Source of the DNA: Candidatus Daviesbacteria bacterium RIFCSPHIGHO2_12_FULL_37_16
Lineage (GTDB): Bacteria; Patescibacteriota; Microgenomatia; Daviesbacterales; UBA10151
Direction of reading: 5' to 3'
Length of the DNA stretch: 64,000 bases
NCBI GenBank assembly: GCA_001776785.1
Contig: MFDF01000008.1
Span: 18,443-82,442 of the forward strand
Below the pieces are notes generated by a model, which saw only the letters and a program-made list of their open reading frames with translations, had not been told where the DNA came from and did not search any database. Made by a program: the position numbers and the translations under genes. Shown here in pieces: positions 56,677 to 64,000 of the stretch (within the stretch, counting starts at the first letter, position 1; each line of letters begins with the position of its first letter).

Positions 56677-57063
56677 AGGCAGCATGGAGGAACGGACTCT
56701 GGTAATTACTTCATCAGTCGGTATAATTCTACTGCGAAGCAGGAGCTTTTGCTCATTCCTTTTCTTTATGTTGTTGGGAAGGCCGGTGGGAAGTAAATAA
56801 CCCTGCCAGCAGCCAATGCCAACAGACAATTCTAGATGCCAGGTATTTGTAATGCTTGGCTCTTCAATAACTTTATATAGTCTGTATTTACCTAAAGCCA
56901 GAATATAGTCAGCACTATGCTGTTTATGAGATGTGACTAAAATCTCTCCAATGCCTTCAGCGTTAACCCAGGCATATATTCCCCTTTGATCCAAAAAAAG
57001 GATCTTTGTTAAATGTCTAGTTTCTATTAACCTATAATCACCACTTCTTAAAAGCTTAATCAT
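56659..57063 (-). CDS. hypothetical protein
   Basis: ORF; two Crp-type sites lie 34-90 nt upstream of its start. Confidence 0.3.
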   Translation of the reverse strand: MIKLLRSGDYRLIETRHLTKILFLDQRGIYAWVNAEGIGEILVTSHKQHSADYILALGKYRLYKVIEEPSITNTWHLELSVGIGCWQGYLLPTGLPNNIKKRNEQKLLLRSRIIPTDEVITRVRSSMLPSLAAE

Positions 57064-57096
57064 ATAGAAATTATGGCAGGTTTATTCTTTATAGGC

Positions 57097-57112
57097 TGTG
57101 ACAGATATCACA
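57097..57112. promoter_or_regulatory. perfect Crp-type site TGTGA-cagata-TCACA
   Basis: Exact match to TGTGA-N6-TCACA. Confidence 0.6.
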
Positions 57113-57134
57113 TCAAAAATTGATTATGATCAAA

Positions 57135-57150
57135 TGTGATTTAGATCACA
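57135..57150. promoter_or_regulatory. perfect Crp-type site TGTGA-tttaga-TCACA
   Basis: Exact match; centre-to-centre 38 nt from the previous site. Confidence 0.6.
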
Positions 57151-57277
57151 AAAATTTATTGACCAAAAACACTGAAATACCTGAAAGAGTAGTATAAAGT
57201 TATTTTAAGGTTTGGGGCAGGCAAAGACAAAGTTGCGGCCCTGCCCCACAACTGAGTTTAAATATGGGAGGTGAAAA

Positions 57278-57370
57278 ATGAAAACCATAAAGATCTTAAA
57301 AGAATTAATGGAAGAGATGGAAGCGGTTATAGACCAATTATTACTACTTCTTAAAGCACCAGTAATTTAA
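57278..57370 (+). CDS. candidate 30-aa micro-protein MKTIKILKELMEEMEAVIDQLLLLLKAPVI
   Basis: Strong RBS gggaggtgaaaa-ATG; preceded by hairpin tggggcagg...cctgcccca (57223-57250); not in the ORF track because <60 aa. Confidence 0.25.
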   Translation: MKTIKILKELMEEMEAVIDQLLLLLKAPVI

Positions 57371-57379
57371 AGGAGGGAT

Positions 57380-57532
57380 ATGGAAATTATATTATTAGTT
57401 TTATTTATAATAACTGGAATCATATTGGCACTTATTCAGATTTATCTTCAAACTAAAAGGCATCCTCATCCAATGACCAAAAAAGAAAAAGATGAGTTTA
57501 TGTTCAATAATATTATATTATTAAGAAGGTGA
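57380..57532 (+). CDS. candidate 50-aa single-TM micro-protein
   Basis: RBS aggaggg-ATG; TM helix IILLVLFIITGIILALIQIYL; stop overlaps the GTG start of the next ORF (GTGA). Confidence 0.25.
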   Translation: MEIILLVLFIITGIILALIQIYLQTKRHPHPMTKKEKDEFMFNNIILLRR

Positions 57533-57867
57533 ACAAACAAAAATTTCTCTACTGGGCTCCAAGGGTTTTGTCAATTGGAATGATCCTATTCTTAGGGCTT
57601 TTTGCACTTGATGTATTCACACCTGGCCAGCCTATACTTTATATGATAGGAGGTTTTTTAATACACCTTATCCCAAATTATATCCTGGCAATTGCCCTTT
57701 TTATTGCCTGGAAATTTGAATTATTAGGAGGGATAATTTTTGTACTTCTTGCCATAATTATGTCATTATTTTTCAGAAACCCGCTGCCTGTAAATTTAAT
57801 GCTCTTTGGCCCAATCATGCTTATAGGAATTTTGTTCTTGGTGCACAATTATTATTACAGAAGATGA
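57529..57867 (+). CDS. hypothetical membrane protein (GTG start)
   Basis: 4 TM helices. Confidence 0.4.
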   Translation: MNKQKFLYWAPRVLSIGMILFLGLFALDVFTPGQPILYMIGGFLIHLIPNYILAIALFIAWKFELLGGIIFVLLAIIMSLFFRNPLPVNLMLFGPIMLIGILFLVHNYYYRR

Positions 57868-57868
57868 T

Positions 57869-58330
57869 TTATACCTTCAAAAAGTAGCCTACTAACAGCC
57901 CAATTGAAGTAGCAACTGCACCAATTATAAAAAGCTCAATAGCAGACCTTAGAGGTTTGTGTTCTACTACTTTTCCTTTAATATACCCAACTAAAAATAG
58001 TCCAATAAATGCAAAAATAATGGATAAAATCCTGGCATCTGACTGGTTAAATAAAATAACCGGGACAATTGGAATTAGTCCTGCTAAAAGATAGCTGAAA
58101 AACATGATTAGTGCACCCAAAATTAAAGAGTCAGTGTGTTTGCCTGTTTTGTCCATCTGATGGACAGCTTTCTCGGATGAGTATTGCCCTGCAGCCATAG
58201 AAGTAGCCTCAACTGCAACTGCCACAAAAGCAGCTAAAACAACAATCTCTTTTTGGGAAACCCCTGCAGAAAATCCCCACCACCACCCCTGTTGTAGACA
58301 CAAGCCCATCCTGCAGCCCAAATAGCGCAC
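57869..58330 (-). CDS. VIT1/CCC1-family (DUF125) membrane protein, N-terminus short or alternative start
   Basis: EATSMAAGQYSSEKAV matches the VIT-family SMAaGEYvSV motif; C-terminal TM pair. Confidence 0.55.
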   Translation of the reverse strand: MRYLGCRMGLCLQQGWWWGFSAGVSQKEIVVLAAFVAVAVEATSMAAGQYSSEKAVHQMDKTGKHTDSLILGALIMFFSYLLAGLIPIVPVILFNQSDARILSIIFAFIGLFLVGYIKGKVVEHKPLRSAIELFIIGAVATSIGLLVGYFLKV

Positions 58331-58464
58331 TCCTCAAATAATCCTCATGAATATGAAGCATCATTCAATTATAGATTATTTAGTTTCAGTGTAAAACACC
58401 TTCCCGCATCCGGTATGAGAAGCTACCAGCTTCTCCCCAAGTATCTCTGTGTTAACATTAATTA

Positions 58465-59280
58465 ATGCCTCAAAAAGGATTTACCAGTTTAGCAGTAATA
58501 TTAATTTTCCTGGTTTTTTTATCAGCTTCAGCATTTTTACTGTTAAGAGTACCTTCTAAGAATAAGGAAAGTATTCAGTCTTCACCTACCCAAAGTGAAA
58601 CCCGTAAAGCTGAGAATCCACAAATTGTCCAGAATTCAGGTGAACCACCACTCAAACTCAAAAGCATTGGAATAAACCTGGACTATTATGACCCTAAAAC
58701 AGGAAAAGCTGGGGATTTTGAATTTACCAAGCAAAAACTTGAATTTAACAGGCTGTTTATGGGTTATGGTTTTGTAATCCCCGGGAATATGTCTTCTACT
58801 AATCAGGATAAATCAAATCCACAGCCTACTTTTATTTTACCTCTGGGTACTCCTGTCAGGTCTTTGGTGGATGGAGTAGTTGCTAATATACCGGCTATCT
58901 GGAGTGGAGATGTTTCTATTCAGATCACTACAGATGGAAAATTGCAAAAATGGGTTTATGAAACAGAACATGTTATCAATCCAAAAGTTAAAGTTGGAGA
59001 CAAAGTAAAAGCCGGAGACATTATTGCTGAGGTCAGTAATTTCGACAAAGGAGCACCCAAGGGATATGGGGCTGTGGAAATTGGAATTTTACATGGGGGA
59101 GGGGAAGGGCCTCCAGAGCATGTTTGTCCGTTTTTATATCTGGACCCTTCTATCAAAGAAGAAACTCTTAAAAAAATTACTGCCCTTTTTAAATCCTGGG
59201 AAGATTATACTGGGGATCAAACACTTTATAATGAAACTATTACTCCAGGCTGCCTCACTCAAGACCCAATAGATGGATAA
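58465..59280 (+). CDS. hypothetical secreted protein (weak M23-peptidase-like resemblance)
   Basis: Signal anchor; GDKVKAGDIIAEV...HGGGEGPPEH. Confidence 0.3.
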   Translation: MPQKGFTSLAVILIFLVFLSASAFLLLRVPSKNKESIQSSPTQSETRKAENPQIVQNSGEPPLKLKSIGINLDYYDPKTGKAGDFEFTKQKLEFNRLFMGYGFVIPGNMSSTNQDKSNPQPTFILPLGTPVRSLVDGVVANIPAIWSGDVSIQITTDGKLQKWVYETEHVINPKVKVGDKVKAGDIIAEVSNFDKGAPKGYGAVEIGILHGGGEGPPEHVCPFLYLDPSIKEETLKKITALFKSWEDYTGDQTLYNETITPGCLTQDPIDG

Positions 59281-59299
59281 AATAACTCCAATGGGCAGT

Positions 59300-60485
59300 T
59301 ATATCTACTAAATCATTTAAGGGATGCAAAAGATGAGATACATCGGTAACACTCCTGAGGTAGAATTTTTACCCAGGGAGGTGATTACAGATGAAAAAGA
59401 TCAGGTATCTCCTGCAACCCAAATTAGATCCTAAAATACCAGATAAATGGACTTTTTTAAGGAAATTTGCCAAGAAACAAATTAGTGAAAAAGCTCAGCT
59501 AAAGCTGGAATGGATAATTTTCTACCATACATCCTCAGGTAAAAATGCCAAAGCTACAGCAATGCATTTTGGTATATCCAGAAAAACATTACATAAGTGG
59601 CTTAGTAGATTTGATGAAATTCACTTAAAGAGTTTAGAAGAGTACTCTAGAGCACCCAGACATGTTAGACACAGGCAAATTGATCTTTGGGAAAGAGGCA
59701 GGATTACTAAATTAAGGAAGAAACACCTAAAGTATGGCAAGATGAAACTGCAAAGAAGATACTTAAAAGTTTATGGTGAATATATCTCTTCCTGGAAGAT
59801 CCAAAAAGTAATTGAAGAGGGTAATCTCTACCCAGACAAACAAGCAGCCAAAAAAGCAAGGGAAAAGAAAAACAGGCATAAAGGACAGGCTAAAAAGAGG
59901 ATTACCCAGTTTCAAAAGAAAGAAATTACTAACTACCTTTGGCATGTAGATACAGTTTTGTTAACCATGAGTTCTGGAGGGTACAGATACCTTTTAACTG
60001 CAATTGATGAAGTTTCTAAACTAGCCTACTCCAGACTCTACACTACTCATTCATCAAAACAAGCTAAAGACTTTCTTTTAAGGCTTAATTACTTAACTGA
60101 TCAAAGAATCATCAATTTACATCATGATAATGGCTCAGAGTTTAAAAAAGACTTTGAAAAGGCTTGTGAAGAACTTAAACTGCCCCAGTGGTACTCCAGA
60201 CCACATACACCTAAAGATAATCCAGTCTTAGAAAGGTTTAACAGAACTATCCAGGAAGAATTTACTAACTTTTGGGATGTTAATCCTATGGATGTGGAAG
60301 ACTTTAACTTACAGCTTTTAGACTGGTTAATTGAATACAACTCCATTAGGCCTCATCAAACCCTTGATTACCAGACTCCTTTAGAATATATTGATACCCA
60401 TACCTTAGAAAAAGTGTCACCTATGTACTCATCCAGTACAAGGGATTGACAATTTATCCTAAAGTGATAGTCTAAACTTATAGTT
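59300..60485 (+). mobile_element. putative IS481-family insertion sequence; terminal inverted repeats only weakly recognisable
   Basis: Possible imperfect IRs ctaaatcatttaagggat (left, ~59311) vs atcctaaagtgatag (right, ~60460-60475); ~13/16 match. Confidence 0.35.
59391..60449 (+). CDS. IS481-like DDE transposase (rve integrase core)
   Basis: N-terminal HTH FGISRKTLHKWLSRFDE; HVDTV...D, HHDNGSEF, RPHTPKDNPVLERFNRTIQEEF (DDE motif). Confidence 0.8.
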   Translation: MKKIRYLLQPKLDPKIPDKWTFLRKFAKKQISEKAQLKLEWIIFYHTSSGKNAKATAMHFGISRKTLHKWLSRFDEIHLKSLEEYSRAPRHVRHRQIDLWERGRITKLRKKHLKYGKMKLQRRYLKVYGEYISSWKIQKVIEEGNLYPDKQAAKKAREKKNRHKGQAKKRITQFQKKEITNYLWHVDTVLLTMSSGGYRYLLTAIDEVSKLAYSRLYTTHSSKQAKDFLLRLNYLTDQRIINLHHDNGSEFKKDFEKACEELKLPQWYSRPHTPKDNPVLERFNRTIQEEFTNFWDVNPMDVEDFNLQLLDWLIEYNSIRPHQTLDYQTPLEYIDTHTLEKVSPMYSSSTRD

Positions 60486-61106
60486 ATGGATAAAATAACT
60501 CCAACTGTTATTGCAGCCTTTGTTATAGGTGCACTCCTGGGTTATTTTGCATTTAACCAGTTTTCATCCTCTCCTAAAACTCAAACTTCATCAACAGAAC
60601 AGGCAAGTACTATGTCTTCTGCCCAGCCAGGCAGTCCTGTGGACAAAGTCCAGCAGGCCCTGTCTGCTGCACCAGAAACAGTTGCATTAAATGCAACAGT
60701 TTTAGATTTTCCAGAAAAAGCAGGGGCTGAAATGACAGAGTTAAAAAAGGGCACAAATGACTGGACCTGTCTTCCTGATTACCCAGCCTCTCCAGGTATT
60801 GACCCAATGTGTTTAGACAAACAGGGGATGGTCTGGCTCAATGCCTATATTTCCCAACAGCCACCTAACTTAACCCAGGCAGGCTTGGCTTACATGCTCC
60901 AGGGTGGAAGTGATGCCTCAAACACTGATCCTTTTGCAGAAAAACCCACTGAAGGGGAAGACTGGATTACCTCACCTTCACACACCATGGTTTTCCCAGT
61001 TGGGAAGCTTGACCAGACAGTTTATTCAACTGACCCCAAAAATGGAGGTCCCTGGATTATGTGGGTAGGCACTCCATATGAGCACCTGATGGTTCCTGTT
61101 AAGTAA
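60486..61106 (+). CDS. hypothetical secreted protein
   Basis: Signal anchor; GC above local background. Confidence 0.35.
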   Translation: MDKITPTVIAAFVIGALLGYFAFNQFSSSPKTQTSSTEQASTMSSAQPGSPVDKVQQALSAAPETVALNATVLDFPEKAGAEMTELKKGTNDWTCLPDYPASPGIDPMCLDKQGMVWLNAYISQQPPNLTQAGLAYMLQGGSDASNTDPFAEKPTEGEDWITSPSHTMVFPVGKLDQTVYSTDPKNGGPWIMWVGTPYEHLMVPVK

Positions 61107-61200
61107 AACCTTCTTTAAGATAATTACTCTTTTCTTATTGATATTTTACTCATTTTTTGTCATTTATCAGATATAGTATATAAACTTAATTAAAAGGGAG

Positions 61201-61956
61201 GTGAAAAATATGAATATTAAAAAATTTTTAGCCTCCACAACTATCTCAGGAGCAGTATTGCTTAATTTAGCAACACCAATCCTTGCAGCACCACCAGTAT
61301 TATTTGGAGATGTAACAATAGTAGCTGGAGGTAATCCAGGAAATGCAGCGAGTTTAGTATCTGATGTAACCTTAACTAATGGTTACTCAGGTGTCACATT
61401 TACATTGCCTGATGATACTGCATGGGCAGATTTAGATACAGTTTCAACTGATTATAATGTTACAGATGACAACTGTGGAGGTGGTTCTCCCAGATTCCAA
61501 ATAAAAGTTGATACTGACAATGATGGGATATCAAATGGAAACGTACACGTAGCTATTGGACCTTCACCTTCATTTACAGGTTGTTTGCCAGGATGGCAGT
61601 CAACAGGAAATGTTATAGGTAACGAAGATGCTGGAAGATATGACTACAGTGCATTTGGTGGTTCCCCATTCACAACTTACTCTAATGCACCAGCAAGTGT
61701 ATTAGCTGGAGAAGTAATTTCTGTACAGCTAGTGGTTGATGGTTCATGGAGTGTAGCTGCAACAGGTGGAGATGGAGAGCAAACAGTGCTTGTGGACAAT
61801 GTCTTGGTTAATGCTGATTTGCATACATTTGAACCTAACACACCAGCAAGTAAAGATGCTTGTAAAAAAGGTGGTTGGGATAGTTTAGAGGATGCTGATG
61901 GCAATCCATTTAAGAATCAGGGACAGTGTGTTGCTTACTTTAACCATAATAATTAA
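61201..61956 (+). CDS. hypothetical secreted protein
   Basis: Signal peptide ending LAAPP; strong RBS aagggaggtgaaaaat. Confidence 0.35.
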   Translation: MKNMNIKKFLASTTISGAVLLNLATPILAAPPVLFGDVTIVAGGNPGNAASLVSDVTLTNGYSGVTFTLPDDTAWADLDTVSTDYNVTDDNCGGGSPRFQIKVDTDNDGISNGNVHVAIGPSPSFTGCLPGWQSTGNVIGNEDAGRYDYSAFGGSPFTTYSNAPASVLAGEVISVQLVVDGSWSVAATGGDGEQTVLVDNVLVNADLHTFEPNTPASKDACKKGGWDSLEDADGNPFKNQGQCVAYFNHNN

Positions 61957-61985
61957 TGGTTAAATAGAAGCTTAACTTAAAACAG

Positions 61986-62022
61986 CCCATCGGGTGAAAA
62001 ATCCGGTGGGTTGTGGGTTTTT
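61986..62022 (+). terminator. rho-independent terminator
   Basis: cccatcgg-gtgaaaaat-ccggtggg hairpin followed by ttgtgggttttt. Confidence 0.6.
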
Positions 62023-62048
62023 ATAAAAAAGAGGGGAGGTGAATATTA

Positions 62049-62333
62049 ATGCAATTTAAAAAATTTATAGCAGGAGCAGCTATTACAGCTGCAGCTTTGG
62101 GATCTATGGCAGCACCAGCTTTTGCAGAACGTCCCGCATACGGTGAGCAGCCTGGATATTCAAAGGCTTCAGATTGCGGTTCTGCTCATGGCTCATTTGC
62201 ATATTTTGATGGAGACACTAACCTTGGTGTAAAAAGCCTTGGACCAGGTACTCCTGTGTACCATGGTGGCGCAACCGGACAGGAACCAGGAGCAACTGGT
62301 TACAATAACTCGCATACTGACTGTCAGTCGTAA
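62049..62333 (+). CDS. hypothetical small secreted protein
   Basis: Signal peptide ...APAFA; RBS gaggggaggtgaata. Confidence 0.35.
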   Translation: MQFKKFIAGAAITAAALGSMAAPAFAERPAYGEQPGYSKASDCGSAHGSFAYFDGDTNLGVKSLGPGTPVYHGGATGQEPGATGYNNSHTDCQS

Positions 62334-62357
62334 TAGAAATGTGTTGAGTTTTAAAAC

Positions 62358-62393
62358 AGCCCAAAGGGAGAAATCCCGGAGGGTTGTTTTTTT
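62358..62393 (+). terminator. probable rho-independent terminator, paralogous in sequence to 61986-62022
   Basis: aaacagccca...gaaatccc.g.gggttgttttttt shares the frame of the previous terminator. Confidence 0.45.
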
Positions 62394-62431
62394 GCAGCAC
62401 GGTTTTTGCTAAAATACTTACAAAGACTTTT

Positions 62432-62716
62432 ATGGCTAAATATTGGTCTAAAAAGGTTACAGAGGAAAGTAATGCCCTGGATTTAGAAGAGGGTGTTTTT
62501 AAGTTTAAAAACCCTAAAAAAATTGCACTGTCTTTAAAAAAATCAGCAGAGGCAAGTACTAGAAAAAAGGCCCATCCATTCCAATCAGCAATGAGCATGC
62601 TTAACTTCTATATTAATAGAGCTGGTGAAAATTTAGACCCCACTCAAAAAGAAATTTTGGAAAAAGCTAAGATAGAGTTGCGCAAACTCTTCAAAAAAGC
62701 CCCCAAATCTGGCTAA
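62432..62716 (+). CDS. DUF3175-family protein
   Basis: MAKYWSKKVTEESNALDLEEGVF...IALSLKKSAEAS.RKKAHPFQSAMSMLNFYINRAGENL...ILEKAKIELRKLF closely follows the DUF3175 consensus. Confidence 0.75.
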   Translation: MAKYWSKKVTEESNALDLEEGVFKFKNPKKIALSLKKSAEASTRKKAHPFQSAMSMLNFYINRAGENLDPTQKEILEKAKIELRKLFKKAPKSG

Positions 62717-62787
62717 TCTCCCCCAAAAGTCCTAAAATTTGAAGCTGGCGAAAATTTCAAGCTTCGCCTATAATTTGCTTTAAATTT

Positions 62788-63459
62788 ATGAAAGTTGATA
62801 TCAACTCTAAACTCAATGCTCTTTGTAAAAAAGACCACCCTACTGAAAGCGAAGTTGTGCATATTATGGTATTGATAAGAAAATATTTAGAATATCCAGA
62901 TATGGAAATGAACCAGAAATTTCTGGCTTTGAAATTTTTTTGCGATTGGAGTTTGCATATTGCTATTGAATACTCTATTCCAGCTATGGAAATCCTAGTT
63001 AAACTTAATGATACGATAGTAAGACTTAAGCAAACCCCAGACAATGATCTTCTAATGAAAGAAATAACTAAAGTAGTTTCATTTCCTGTACTCAAGGAGC
63101 AGCTCCACAAATTTCTATCATCAATAGGAATTAATGATAAGTTTACAACAGTAACTATAAATTGGTTAAATTTCCTTGAAAAATATATTGAAGTAATCCG
63201 TGATCAAGTTATCGCTTTTCCAGAAGAAATGAGTCCTAGAAATCGGTATTTTAGAATGTTGAAACCCTACTATGATCAAATTAGATCAAATCCTATAAAA
63301 GAGGGATGTTGGACAATTGGACTTTCACTTTCTTACATGAATGAAAGTTTCTTTAAGGGCAAAAATATACCGTCTCAAAATTCATTATTCTGTTTAATCT
63401 TATATGCTAGTGATACGACCAAGATTATTATCCCACTTGCAAAACAAGAGCTACTATAG
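62788..63459 (+). CDS. hypothetical protein
   Basis: ORF only. Confidence 0.3.
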   Translation: MKVDINSKLNALCKKDHPTESEVVHIMVLIRKYLEYPDMEMNQKFLALKFFCDWSLHIAIEYSIPAMEILVKLNDTIVRLKQTPDNDLLMKEITKVVSFPVLKEQLHKFLSSIGINDKFTTVTINWLNFLEKYIEVIRDQVIAFPEEMSPRNRYFRMLKPYYDQIRSNPIKEGCWTIGLSLSYMNESFFKGKNIPSQNSLFCLILYASDTTKIIIPLAKQELL

Positions 63460-63495
63460 CTTCTTAGCCTCAAAAATGCTAGTATCAGCATAATT

Positions 63496-63984
63496 ATGGA
63501 TGCTACTAACTCAGCCTTGATAAATGTTTTGGGTTTTGGGACTGAAGAGTTTACCCGCGAGATTATTCAAGTTATTTCGCGATATATGGAAGCTTTTATC
63601 TTGGGTGGACTTGTAACTCTTGTGATAACTGGATTAGTAAAAGAGTTTTTTGAGAATAGGAAATATCATAAAGATGAAAAGAGAAAATGGGCTAATGAGG
63701 TGATAGCAATAGTGAATGAGGGTAACAGTTGCAATTACAAAACACAACCTGGAGACAGTAGACATATTAATTTTGTAGCCACACAACTTGAAGCGTATGA
63801 TTCTCAGATGCCTTCTAAGCTACGAACTCACCTCTTATTATGGTTAAGAATAGCATTTGCATTTTCCAATAAACCAAAAGGTATGCATTGGAAAGAGGAT
63901 GAGAAACTTCTCATTGAGGATCAGAATGAGATTACAAAACTTTCTGATGATTTAATTGGAGCGGCACATAAATTAAAGAAATAG
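63496..63984 (+). CDS. hypothetical protein with one TM helix
   Basis: ORF only. Confidence 0.3.
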   Translation: MDATNSALINVLGFGTEEFTREIIQVISRYMEAFILGGLVTLVITGLVKEFFENRKYHKDEKRKWANEVIAIVNEGNSCNYKTQPGDSRHINFVATQLEAYDSQMPSKLRTHLLLWLRIAFAFSNKPKGMHWKEDEKLLIEDQNEITKLSDDLIGAAHKLKK

Positions 63985-64000
63985 ATCGCTGTTTTTAGGA

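Noticed and set aside
59281-59390. Clear terminal inverted repeats for the IS481-like element
   Set aside because: Only a weak (~13/16) imperfect match between the putative ends; reported as low-confidence rather than as defined IRs.

Overview
Low-GC (~35%), gene-dense bacterial window with short housekeeping proteins, small EF-Ts and a four-helix-bundle protein, which is typical of a Patescibacteria/CPR-like genome. About 90 protein-coding genes are called; no rRNA, tRNA or CRISPR array was found. The 5' half carries core functions: a thymidylate cluster (tmk, dcd, thyA, folA), rpsB-tsf-frr, rseP, proS with a putative T-box leader, tig, rpsU-yqeY-ybeY, dnaX, glyA, ybaB, recR, cysS, cmk, uppP. 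The middle has an oxidative pentose-phosphate cluster (ROK kinase, gnd, zwf, pgi), then many membrane/secreted and conserved-unknown proteins, a two-component system and a Crp/Fnr regulator. Points of interest: (1) a cysteine-free ThyA-fold paralogue inside the thymidylate cluster; (2) families of short hairpin/palindromic repeats, some inserted in frame into folA, rpsB, tig, dnaX and a PAP2 gene; (3) a membrane-anchored PaaX-like (Cas2-like C-domain) regulator bracketed by conserved hairpins; (4) a small defence-like islet (DUF4258/DUF2283 pair plus an SRA-HNH endonuclease); (5) three perfect TGTGA-N6-TCACA sites around the crp/fnr gene and two strong-RBS micro-ORFs; (6) an IS481-like transposase next to higher-GC secreted-protein genes. 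All calls come from reading the translations and DNA by eye; no searches were run.
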